A stretch of 64,000 nt of DNA from an uncultured Odoribacter sp. Lineage in GTDB: Bacteria; Bacteroidota; Bacteroidia; Bacteroidales; Marinifilaceae. Both the position numbers and the translations under genes were made by a program. The notes under the pieces were generated by a model, which made no database searches, was not told where the DNA came from, and saw only the letters and a program-made list of their open reading frames with translations. The stretch lies in the NCBI GenBank assembly GCA_934725835.1, contig CAKVCR010000001.1, positions 4,276 through 68,275 of the forward strand, read 5' to 3'. Below, one piece after another: positions 44,788-56,000 of this stretch. The first letter of the stretch is position 1; each line of letters starts with the position of its first letter.

Positions 44788-45342
44788 ATGAGAAAATATA
44801 CTGATGAATCAACATTTGAATTAAACGGAAAACACATAGTTTTTAGATATGTGTCCTCTCCTACTCTTTCACAGAAAATGGATATTGTTGACGATATCGT
44901 TCACGGTGTTATCAATGATACCGTAGGGTATGAGCCTATTCTGTTTGATTATTTTGTAGCTGTTTCTCTTGTAAATAATCTGACTGATATTGCATTGCCA
45001 GAGTCTTTTACTGAAAGTGCGGATTTCATCGAGAAAACACGCATCGGACAGGTTATCAAAGAAACAGTTAATGTAAAAGATGTTATTGATGCTGCTGAAA
45101 GAAAAATTGATTTTGAGCGGAGCAAACTTGTCAATACATCAAAACTGGACGAATTATTTGAGGTGTTAATTTCTATCGCCAATAAATATTCTTCCACATT
45201 AGAGAATTTAAACACTGATGATTTCATGAATAAACTACAGAATGTAGCAGAGCTTGCAAAAATGCCACAAGATGATGTAGTTCGTGGAATTTTAGCGTAT
45301 GAGAATTCTCAAAAAGAACAAGACAATACTAAAGTCGAATAA
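44788..45342 (+). CDS. possible tail assembly chaperone (acidic)
   Basis: 184-aa acidic ORF between the major tail and tape measure genes, with an N-terminal FELNGKHIVFRY-type start. No frameshift partner was seen. Confidence 0.35.
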   Translation: MRKYTDESTFELNGKHIVFRYVSSPTLSQKMDIVDDIVHGVINDTVGYEPILFDYFVAVSLVNNLTDIALPESFTESADFIEKTRIGQVIKETVNVKDVIDAAERKIDFERSKLVNTSKLDELFEVLISIANKYSSTLENLNTDDFMNKLQNVAELAKMPQDDVVRGILAYENSQKEQDNTKVE

Positions 45343-45372
45343 GAAGAGGGTTACTCCCCTCTTCTATTTTTT
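45342..45372 (+). terminator. rho-independent terminator
   Basis: AGAAGAGGG-ttactc-CCCTCTTCT followed by ATTTTTT. Confidence 0.75.
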
Positions 45373-45399
45373 ACGCTTTTAAGAAAGAGGGTTAGTAAC

Positions 45400-46434
45400 A
45401 TGGGTAGAACAACAATTTATAACAAAATTACAAACGAAGAATCTATCAAGAAAATCAATCCAAACAATAAACAGCTTTGTGAAGATTTTCTTGAATATCT
45501 TGCGTCTATTGATCGTGCCCCTTCCACAATTAACGGGTATAGAAATGACCTTGAAATTTTCTTCTGCTGGAACTTAGAGTACAACAACAATAAATTTTTT
45601 GTTGATATCAAGAAACGTGAGCTTGCACGATTCCAGGGATATGCAATCAATGAATGGGGTTGGAGTCCGAAAAGAATTCGTAGGGTAAAATCTGCTATCA
45701 GTAGCATGTCAAATTATATTGAAAATATTTTACAGGACGAAGACGAAGATTTTGAGAATTTCCGCTCTATCATTGGAAAGATTGAATCTCCGAAGAACGA
45801 AGCTGTTCGTGAGAAAACCATTATCCCAGATGATGATGTAGATAAATTTCTGGATAAATTGGTTAGTGAAGAACGATATCAACAGGCATGTGCTTTTGCT
45901 TTGGCTGCAATGAGCGGTGCTAGAAAATCAGAATTGTTGAGATTCAAAGTTGAATACTTCAATGAAAACAACATTGTCTATGGCGGTCTGTATAAAACTC
46001 CTAAGATTAAAACTAAGGGAGCCGGTAAGATAGGTAAACAGCTCAATAAATATGTGCTTTATGAGTTTAAGAAATACCTTGATTTATGGATGGAGCAACG
46101 CAAGAAACAAGGTATTGAGAGTGAATGGCTTTTCGTACATAGATGCGGTGATGGTTCATATGCACAAATGAAAGTCAGTACCCTTGATAGTTGGGCGAAC
46201 ATCTTCTCAAATGAATTAGGTGTGGATTTTTACTGGCACTGCATGAGGCATTATCTCAATACAAAATTATTGAAGCTGAATATCCCGGCAAATGTCGTTC
46301 AGGAATTTTTCGGATGGAGTAGTTCGGATATGGTTAATCTTTACAACGATAGTGAGGTTTCCGAAGAATTCAGTAAGTATTTCACAAAAGATGGAATTGT
46401 TGAAGGTAAGAGTTCGTCTTTAAGTGATTTATAA
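45400..46434 (+). CDS. tyrosine recombinase / integrase (XerC/D-like)
   Basis: N-terminal SAM-like core-binding region (STINGYRNDLEIFFCW). Catalytic signatures SGARKSELLRF (Arg), HCMRHY (His-x-x-Arg) and W-x-n-LYND (Tyr). Confidence 0.8.
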   Translation: MGRTTIYNKITNEESIKKINPNNKQLCEDFLEYLASIDRAPSTINGYRNDLEIFFCWNLEYNNNKFFVDIKKRELARFQGYAINEWGWSPKRIRRVKSAISSMSNYIENILQDEDEDFENFRSIIGKIESPKNEAVREKTIIPDDDVDKFLDKLVSEERYQQACAFALAAMSGARKSELLRFKVEYFNENNIVYGGLYKTPKIKTKGAGKIGKQLNKYVLYEFKKYLDLWMEQRKKQGIESEWLFVHRCGDGSYAQMKVSTLDSWANIFSNELGVDFYWHCMRHYLNTKLLKLNIPANVVQEFFGWSSSDMVNLYNDSEVSEEFSKYFTKDGIVEGKSSSLSDL

Positions 46435-46460
46435 TTAAGCAATGATAAAGGAGGACTACC

Positions 46461-46889
46461 ATGAAAAAAGCAAATAGCATGGCAGAACTTGAACAGTTGA
46501 TCTTGAATGAGATGCAAAAAGCCATGACGGTTGTACATTCAAAATCTCTCAAAGATACAGAGAACGAAGTCCAGTCTTTCTATTCGCAGGGTTCTCCTAG
46601 TATTTATAAAAGAACTGGAAAACTTGGAAAAAGTGTTAGGAACTATGGTGTTTCTAAATACGGAAAAAATGCTCATTTCTATATTTGGTTGGATAGAACT
46701 TACAGTTATGTAGTTCCAAATCCAGACTTTATAGAAAAAGGATTTTCAAGTTATTTTTCAACCCCTATGGTATTTGATGCTGCCGAAGCTGGTACAGCGA
46801 ATATCAAAGGTCGTTCTGGCTTCTGGGCAAGATCAGAACAGAAAATTCAATCTGACTTAGACAGTACATTTAGTAGTTTCTTTAGATAA
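46461..46889 (+). CDS. hypothetical tail protein (HK97 gp10-like?)
   Basis: 142-aa ORF with AAGGAGG RBS. YKRTGKLGKSV is reminiscent of the TGnLrrS motif of the gp10 family. Weak call. Confidence 0.35.
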   Translation: MKKANSMAELEQLILNEMQKAMTVVHSKSLKDTENEVQSFYSQGSPSIYKRTGKLGKSVRNYGVSKYGKNAHFYIWLDRTYSYVVPNPDFIEKGFSSYFSTPMVFDAAEAGTANIKGRSGFWARSEQKIQSDLDSTFSSFFR

Positions 46890-46903
46890 GGGGAGGTGAA
46901 GTT

Positions 46904-49042
46904 ATGTCAGATTTTATTGCTCACGTTATAGCGGAGCTTGATACCGCTAAAGCACAGCAACAAATGAATGCTTTCACAAATGCAAAGCACAAAATTGATG
47001 TTGATGTAAATTTGGTGTCCAAAAACGGAAATATAAACGGCTACTTGAATCAGATAAAATCACAATTTGGTCAGGCTGGTAATGCTGCTGGCAATAATTT
47101 CGCCAATGCGCTGAATACTACAATGGGAAAAATTACCACTGCCAATTCAGCAAATACTATTAAAAACTTGCAACGTACACTTGCCGGATTTAAGTTTGAT
47201 AAGAGTCAGATTGCTACTATCACACAGTCTTTGGACTCTATGGATTTAGCTGTCCAAAAAGTTGATACAAGAATCCGTCAAGGTGGTCAATTACAGTTAC
47301 GTGTTACGGGAGTCGATGAATTAGGTCGTACCGTTACTGTACTGAAAGAATTTGATTCACAAGCCGGTAGATTGGTAAGTGTCGGAAAAGATATTCAACA
47401 ATCATTTAAGCAGATGTTCACTACTGCTGATGTTTCAAAACTGAATGCTGATATTTCTACACTTGATGCCGGATTTGTGAAATTAAAAGGTGATACAAAT
47501 AATTATTCATCAGAGTTGTCAAAATTAAGATCCGATTTATCAAACATAAATAATGTAAGTGGATTAGATAGACAACAAGCTGAGTTTGAAAGAATAACTC
47601 AGGAAGTCCAACGATTAAAAGTTGCATACAAAGAAGCAAAAGCTGAAAATGTATCTTTGGCTGCGTCACAGCAATTATTGTCTCAAAAAACTGTATTAGG
47701 TAATCAAATCGAGACATGGATGAACCGTAATACAAAAGCTGCAAAAATATACAAAAATGAGCTGACAGAATTAACTTCACAACTTTCTAAGGTTGAGAAT
47801 GGAACACAATTAAAAGCAGTTTCTCAGGCATTTACTCAGTTAAAGACTACTGCTGCTGCATCTGGTAATCTTGGAAAAAGTGTATTCACAACATTAAAAG
47901 ACAACTTTACAAGTCTTAGTCCTTTATTCGGAATGGGAGCAATGATTAACACTACCATTCGTGGATTAAAGGACATGTATTCAAATGTTGTGGATATTGA
48001 TAGTGCCATGACAGAGCTTAAAAAAGTTACAGATGAAACGGATTCTGCATATTCAAGTTTCCTTTCAAATGCCTCAAAGCGTTCTGTTGAACTTGGTACT
48101 ACTATTACCGACTATGTAAATTCCACAGCGAGTTTCGCACGACTTGGATATACTATGTCCGAAGCCAAAGAGCTTGCAGAGGTAGCGAATATTTATAGTG
48201 TTGTTGGTGATGAAATTTCTAGCATTGATGAGGCAAGTTCCAGTGTAATTTCTACATTAAAGGCATTTGGAATTCAAGCCAACGATGCTATGTCAATCGT
48301 TGATAAATTCAATGAAGTAGGTAACAGATTCGCAATCAGTTCAGGCGGTATTGGTGAAGCCTTAACAAGATCTGCTTCTTCAATGTCTGCTGCCAATAAC
48401 ACATTGGATGAATCAATTGCTTTGATTACTGCTGCAAATACAGTCGTACAAGATCCGGCAAAAGTAGGTAACGCATTTAAGACAATCTCTATGAGAATTC
48501 GTGGTGCGACCACAGAACTTGAGGAAGCTGGACTTGAAACTGACGGTATGGCTGAATCAACAGCAAAACTTCAAGCTGAAATCAAGGCACTTTCTGGTGT
48601 TGATATCATGCTTGATAAAGACACTTTTAAATCTACATATCAAATTATGGACGAGCTTTCAGAGAAATGGCAAGACCTTACCGATATCCAACAGGCATCT
48701 ATCACAGAGTTGCTTGCCGGAAAACATCAAGGTAATGTAATGTCTTCACTTATGAACAATTTTGATATTGCCAGACAAGCACTTGAAGTTTCGATGAATT
48801 CCGAAGGTTCTGCTATGGAAGAGCATGAAAAATGGATGGAATCTATTGAAGCTAAAGTAAACCAGCTTAAAGCTGCCTGGGAAGGACTATCAAACTCCTT
48901 CCTTGACTCTGGATTTGTCAAAGGTGCTGTTAGTGGATTGACTGGGCTTGTTCAAGTAATTGATACGCTTATAAATGAAATTGGTGCAGTTCCTACTATA
49001 TTAACAGGAGTCGGAATTGCTGCATTTGTAAAGAACCTAAGT
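46904..49042 (+). CDS. tail tape measure protein, exon 1 (TP901-type core)
   Basis: 713 codons with GGGGAGG RBS. FARLGYTMSEAKELAEVANIYSVVGDEI...FAISSGGIGEALTRSASS...AKVGNAFKTISMRIRG is the TP901-family TMP core. In-frame TGA at 49043-49045. Confidence 0.85.
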
Positions 49043-50078
49043 TGAGTGATAACATCACAAACTTTCCTAAATAAAGTTGGCTTAGTGTTATATCAAGTAA
49101 TCATCATTATGGCGATGTACACAAGATATAGCTATTGGGAGGTTCTATAAAATATCCCAAAGAAGTAAATACTGGAACACCTTAAAGCCAGATAAACTAC
49201 AACGTAATCGGTAACGATAAACGTGAATGTTGCGAAAGCAGAAAAAATTATCTGGATGGTCTATGCTGAGAAAAAGCAGTTTTATACTGTGCTACGGACT
49301 TTTATAATAGGCAATCAGTAGGACGCACGCCCATATGTTTATGAGCATGAATCCTCAGAGACTACCCATTCTTGGAGTTATGACACGCCTTAGTTGTTAT
49401 AGCTTTTAATGTATAGTGAATAATATATTTGTAAATTTAGTATTATTCCTTGCCAGATCGCCGGGAGGCACATAATAAATTTACCATCATTATTGATTGT
49501 TTGGTTTCCATTTGTGACCACAATTTCCACATATGTTCACAACTTTACCACTACCAATAAAGCCGAGCATAATGGAATATCCTCTTGTTGTAGTCGTGGT
49601 AGAGGTTGAGCCACATTTCGGACATTTTAATGTATTTTTGTTTATTGGTTGTATACTGTTTATACGTCCATTTCCTACTCTTTTATATGATCCGTCAAAT
49701 TCTTTTGGCACTGCATGAGTTTCTAATATAATATTTAGAAGTTGTTCTGCAGCATAAATAGAGATAGTTTGGCATTGACCAAAAATCCACCCTTTTAATT
49801 TTTTCTGCTCATCAGGAGTCATATTAGGGTAATCATCAATTTTATTCAATGCTTCACGAAGATCACGGGGTACTCCGTCAATAAGGCAGAATCCATCTGG
49901 TACTTCTTCTACTGTTGGTAATGGGAAACCGCAATGTATACACTGTTTTGATTTATCAGAAATCATGTTATTACATTCCGGGCATTTAATCATAGACATA
50001 CAATCACCTTCCTTTATAATCATACAATAATAATGTATCACACTTATCAAGACTTTTCAATATGTTTATAAAATAAAG
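49043..50078 (+). mobile_element. putative group I self-splicing intron in the tape measure gene
   Basis: Guide AGTTGGCTTAG (49075-49085) is complementary to the ligated junction CTAAGT|CAACT (49037-49042 + 50079-50083), with G:U at U49042. G50078 precedes the 3' splice site. The join is in frame. R-like TCAGAGACTAC at 49355-49365. GNRA hairpins at 49207-49218 and 49230-49241. Confidence 0.6.
49490..49999 (-). CDS. double zinc-ribbon protein encoded antisense inside the putative intron
   Basis: AAGGAAGGTG RBS before ATG 49999 ([11 protein letters not shown]...CIHCG; C-terminal CPKCGS...CGNCGH). No LAGLIDADG, GIY-YIG or HNH motif was recognised. Confidence 0.65.
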   Translation of the reverse strand: MSMIKCPECNNMISDKSKQCIHCGFPLPTVEEVPDGFCLIDGVPRDLREALNKIDDYPNMTPDEQKKLKGWIFGQCQTISIYAAEQLLNIILETHAVPKEFDGSYKRVGNGRINSIQPINKNTLKCPKCGSTSTTTTTRGYSIMLGFIGSGKVVNICGNCGHKWKPNNQ

Positions 50079-53000
50079 CAACTACAAAATTTAGGAAATG
50101 TTGGAAAAGTCTTTTTAGACCTTAAATCATACGCTTCTGCTTGCGAAGCGACAATGACAGCAATGGACTTCTCTCAAATTGGTTCATCATTGAGTCAATT
50201 TTCTGCCGAAGCTATTGCTGCTGGTGCAAGTATGGCAAGCCTTTCTGCAGAACAAACGGCTGCTGCTTTAGCTGCTGCTGGATATAGTTCAATAGAAACG
50301 GCTGCTGCAATGGCAACGGCTGGATATGATGCTGCAACTGTTGCTGCTGCATTGTCAACACAAGGACTTACTACTGAGCAAATCGCCGGTGCTATGTCTG
50401 CCACTCAATTTACAGCAAGTCAAATCGCTGCTGCTTTAGCTGCTCAAGGGGTTGGAGAATCTGCAATTATCGCAGCTTTGGAAGCAACAGGCTTGAGTTC
50501 TGCGGAAGCTGCTGCTGCTGTTACCGCTGGAACAATGGCTGCTGCAAATGGTACGGCTGCTGTTGCAACGGCTGGTCTTGCTGCTTCTTTGAAAGCTGCT
50601 GCTGCCGGATTAGCAACATTCTTACTTACTAATCCCGTAGGTTGGGCTATTCTTGCTGCTGGTGCTATTTTTGGTGTCGTAAAAGTAGTTGATGCTTTGA
50701 CAGAATCTTTTGATGAAGCGTGCGACAAAGCAAGTGAAGCAAGAAGTACATACGAAACAGCACTAAATGATGTTAAAGATGTAGAAAGCAAACAAGATTC
50801 TTTAAGATCAAAAGTTGAAGAATTGGCAACAGAACATGGTGTTACTTTTACAGATGAAGATACCATTCAGGATATTATCAATAAACTGAAAGAACTTAAT
50901 CTTTCTGCTACCGATGCTCAGTCTTTATCTGCATTGGAAACAACAAACGCCCAGTTATCTTCGCAGTTAGCAATAAAACAGAAAATTGCAGAATATGACC
51001 AACAAGAAGCTGCTAAAGCTGCAAACAATGTTCTTAATAAAAACCGAACATGGGGTACAGGTGAATATGATGTAGATATGTATTCTGGCACATCATATGA
51101 GAAAATGCAGTCTGGTACAATTGTTGATGAAACATTATCTAAGCGTGAAAGACTTACATCTGTTGAACAACAATTAACTGACTATTATAAACAGCAACAA
51201 GATCTCATTGATAGCGGACAAGACAAAACTTCTAAATGGTATCAATCTGCTACAGAATACGAAAAAGTTACCGGCAATATTAAGGATTTAGAGAAAGAAC
51301 GTGACTCTCTTACTTCTGATATTAAAGATAACCTTAGTGTTATTTCCGATAACTATGATTCTCTGTTGAATGAAAATGGAGAAGCACTTCCTGGATTTGA
51401 GAAAGAAAAAGAAAAAATAGATAGTCTTTATGATTCTGTTCTTGATGCAAGCGATGCAAACCAACAGTTGTCAGAATCGGAAAGTGAAGCTGCTGACAGT
51501 GCAAAGAAAGTTTCAGATATTTATAGTCAAGCAAGTGCGTCTATAACTCAGACTGCTGATGCTGCTATGACTGCATCACAAACATTGATTTCTGGTATAA
51601 GTGCTGCCCAAGAAGCTATTGCTGGACAGCAAAATGGAAAATCTATATCCCTTGCTGATTTTAATTCAGATGAGTTAAAAGATTATCAAGGTGCGCTTGA
51701 ATATGTAAATGGTACAATGCAGTTGAACGCCGAAAAGGTAAGAGAAATTGCAAAAGCAAAAGCCGATGAACAGGTTGCCATTAACAATTCAAATAAAGCA
51801 TTAGAACAAGCGAAGTATCTTGAAAATGCAAAAGAGATAGAGCAGTTAAGAGCTTCTCTTGCGAGTGCTTCTGATTCAGAAAAAGCAAGTATTCAAGAGT
51901 CTATTGATGCTTTGCTTGCCGAAAATAGTGCTATTGCAGATACATGTAAACAATATGATTTATTGTCAACATCTATTCAGGAAGCCGTTGGTTCATATCA
52001 GAATTGGCTCAATGCTCAAGGTGGTTCTGATTATGGAGATATGGCAAATGATGCTGTAAGTGCTATTCAGAGGATTAGAGACACTTATGATTCAAACTCT
52101 GATGTATTTGGGGATTTTGGTTCAAAAAAATTTGAAGCTGCCATTGATTTCATTGTACCAGATTCAGTTGGTGGTGACGATTTAAGTGCAATTGAATCTT
52201 ACATGTCTGATTTCAAGCAGTATTTGAAATTTGATGATAATGGTGCTGTTGATGGTCTGAATATTGACAAATTCTTGGAGAATTCTGTTAATGCCGGACT
52301 TATGAAATACAGTGAAGATGATGGTTTCCAGGTTCTCGGTGGAAAGAAAATGGAGGACTTCGCAGAAGGTCTTAATATGTCTTCTGGAATGGTTCAGGCA
52401 TTCTTTGATGAATTACAGTTAAAAGGTGCTGATTTCGACTGGGGCGATGAGGCTGTCAAAACTATCGGTGACTTAGCCGTTGAAGCAAATGAAGCTGCAG
52501 AATCTCTGAGACAGGTTGACGGAAACAGTGATTTAAAAATTAAAATGGATGTTTCCGATTTGTCCACCACAGAAGAACAGATTTCTGCTTTGGATGCTAC
52601 TATTGCGGAAATGGATGCTGTAAAAGCACGACCAGACGTTGATGCTTCAAGTATTGAAAATGCAAATTCTGTTATTCAATACTGTCTGACTCAGAAACAA
52701 CTTCTTTCTCAGCCAGATGTTATGCGTGTTGATACTTCACAGGTCGAAGGTGAAATAAGCAATGCTATCTCACTTTTACAACAGTTCCAAACTGCTACAA
52801 ACGACCTTGAAATTAAACAAAAAGTCGGTGCTGATACTACAGAGGCAGAGTCTAAAGTCAACTCTTTAGCTTCTGAAATTGAGGGTATTTCACCAGATAT
52901 TAAGGCAAAATTGGACATTGATTCTACTTCTGTAGATTCAATTAAAAGTTCTATTGCTGGATTATCTGCTGAAACAATCAATGTAAAGGCAAATGTTGAT

Positions 53001-56000
53001 GCTTCTGCAATTGAGGGTTATAATCCAGATTCTAAAAAATGTGATGTAATCTATGATCCGAAAACAGATGCTTTGCCGGAATCATTTGATGCAATTAACC
53101 GTGATGTAAACTATGTGCCACATACGGGCAGTTTGCCGGAATCTTTTACAACTCTTACACGTTATGTAAATTATGTAAAGACTGGTGCTGTTGATGTAAA
53201 TGGTACAGCACATGTTTCTGGTACTGCAAAAGCCGGTGGTGACTGGGGTACTGCTCCGGGAGGTAAAACACTTGTCGGGGAGCTTGGACGAGAAATCGTT
53301 GTAGATCCGCACACTGGAAGATGGTATACAGTTGGTGACAATGGTGCTGAGTTTAGAGACATACCTGCCGGTGCTATCGTTTTCAATCATGTACAATCAG
53401 AATCCTTGTTAGAGAATGGTTATGTTGCTGGTCGTGCTGCTGCTCTTGTTAGTGGTACAGCACTTGTTACTGGTGGTTATAAACCGTATAAACCTTCTTC
53501 TTCATCTACAAGTAAAACATCTTCAAAGAGTTCATCAAAATCTAGCAGTGGTTCTTCTGGAAGTAAATCATCTAGTAGTAGATCAAGTGGAAGTTCATCA
53601 AAATCATCAAGCTCTAGTTCAAATAGTTCTTCTGAAAAAGATTTTGAACAGACATTTGACTGGATTGAAATTGCGATAAATAGAATCAGTGAAGCTATTG
53701 ACAGGGTAAAAGTAAAAGCAGAAAGTGCGTTCAAAACTCTTACCAAACGTAACAATGCTGCTGCCGAAGAAATCTCTTTAATTACTGATAAAATCAACAC
53801 TCAGAACAGTGCGTATACTAGATATATGCAACAGGCTAATTCTGTCGGTCTTTCATCTGATTGGCAAAACAAAGTAAAGAATGGCACGATTGATATATCT
53901 ACTATCACTGACGAAGATTTATCAGATAAGATAAAGGATTTCCAGGAATTTTATGAAAAGGCGATTGAAGCTAAAGATGCTGTGGCAGATTTGCATGAAG
54001 AAATCGCCAAGTTATATGCTGACAGATTCAGTAACATTTCCACTGATTTTGATAACCAGTTGGCTCTTGTACAACATTTGACTGATACATATAATACTGG
54101 GCTTGATACACTGGAAGCAAAAGGCTTAAAAGGAAGCAAGGTTTATTATCAAGCTCTCCAAAAAGCTGAGAAAGAAAATCAGGCAATTCTCCAAAAAGAA
54201 TTAGTTGATTTAACGGAATCTTTCAATCAGGCAATGGCTTCTGGTGAAATCGAAAAGGGTTCTGAGCAATGGTATGAGATGCAGAAAAGCATCAATGATG
54301 TCAAAGAGGCAATTGATGAATCTAATCTCTCACTGCTTGAATATCAGAAAACAATGCGTGAGCTTGATTGGGAATATTTTGATTATATGGAAGACCGTAT
54401 ATCAAATATTACCGATGAAGCAGATTTTCTCATTGACTTAATGGCAAATGGAAAGTTATTTGATGATAAAGGTCAAATGACAGATACAGGCATGGCAACT
54501 ATGGGATTACATGGACAGAATTACAATGTCGATATGGCACAAGCTGACCAATATGCCAAAGCTATCAAAGAGTTAAATGCGGAAATCGCCAAAGATCCAT
54601 ATAACACTGACCTCATCGAACGTAGACAGGAACTTCTTGAATTACAGAGAAAGTCAATTCTTGCTGCCGAAGATGAGAAGCAGGCTATGATTGATTTGGT
54701 AAAGGACGGAATCGAAGCACAGCTTGATTCTCTCAAAGATTTGATAGATGCCTATACGGATTCATTGGATTCAGCCAAAGACCTCTACGATTATCAGAAA
54801 AAGGTGAAAGAACAGTCTGACGAAATTGCTTCTTTACAGAAACAGTTGTCAGCTTATGCCGGAGATAATTCTGAGGAAACTAAAGCTACCATTCAGAAAA
54901 TCCAGGTTGATTTATCTAAAGCTATGGAAGAATTGCAGGAAACAGAATATGAGCAATATATTTCTGACCAGAAGAAATTGTTGGACGAATTATACACTGA
55001 GTATGAAACAATCCTCAATGCACGACTGGACGATGTAGATGCACTTATTTCTGATATGATTGATACAATCAATGCAAATTCTTCTTCTATCGGTGATACA
55101 ATCCAACAGGAATGTGCGAATGTTGGATATACTCTCACAGAATCCATGAATTCTATTTGGACGAATGAGGGTGGTGCTTTTGCTGTTATCTCTAAATATG
55201 GCGATCAGTTCTTAACACAGAATACTTCTACATTGAATGCGATTCTTGGTATTAAGGCTTACACTGACGCTTTAATTGCAAAGGCAGATGCAGAGGCGAA
55301 AGCTAAAGCGGAAGCTACAAAGAAACAGACGGAAGCAAGTAAACCAGCGAGTCAACCTTCAAAACCGTCAAATAATACTCCTTCTACACCGTCAAAACCG
55401 GCACGAACTGATAAAGACTACTATGGTGTTGCTCTTGCTATATGGAATGGTAACTATGGTTGGGGAACTGGAAATACCAGAGTTAGCCGTTTACAAGCTA
55501 AAGGTTTTGATGCCAATAGAGTTCAAAGTATCGTAAATCAGATGGGCAGAGAAGGTTATGTGCGTTCTGGTGCATGGGTTGGTAGATATCAAGGAATCCG
55601 TGACCTTTCACCATATCATTACAATAAATATGCTGTCGGTCTGAAAAATGCTCCGAAAGCTGAAAATGCATGGGTAAACGAGCTTGGTAATGAGTCTATT
55701 ATCAAGCCATCTGAAAATGCTATTGTAACTCATATTGCGAAAGGTGACAGTGTACTTACCGCCGATGCCACACGGAATATATGGGATATGGCAAGTGATC
55801 CATCTGACTTTATCAATAGGAACTTGCTTACCAATGGATTGATGTCTGGTATAGGAAACATTGGTGGAAATACATTCGGTGACATAAATATTGATATTCC
55901 TATTGAATATGTACAAGATTATAATGATTTTGTAACTCAATTGCAAAAGGATAATAAATTTGAACGAATGATTCAAGATATGACCATTGGACGTATCAAT

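Noticed and set aside
43871-45342. Programmed -1 frameshift pair of tail assembly chaperones between major tail and tape measure genes
   Set aside because: No slippery heptamer with an overlapping extended frame was found. 43871-44140 and 44140-44322 are joined by TAATG coupling, not a frameshift, and 44788-45342 ends at a terminator.
45343-46460. attP core adjacent to the integrase gene
   Set aside because: Only 57 nt and 26 nt of non-coding sequence flank the gene. They contain a terminator and an RBS but no recognisable arm-type or core repeats.
49043-49150. Read-through or TGA recoding as the explanation for the split tape measure gene
   Set aside because: Translating through TGA 49043 hits TAA after about 35 codons. 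No suppressor tRNA (UCA, CUA or UUA anticodon) is present in the array, and all other genes read normally in the standard code.
50195-53800. Antisense or alternative-frame ORFs inside the tape measure gene (50195-50404, 50444-50866, 53416-53679, 53477-53800 and similar)
   Set aside because: They are mirror frames of Ala-rich or Ser-rich low-complexity coding sequence. They have no RBS and lie fully within a strongly supported gene. The same reasoning applies to short antisense ORFs inside the other long genes.
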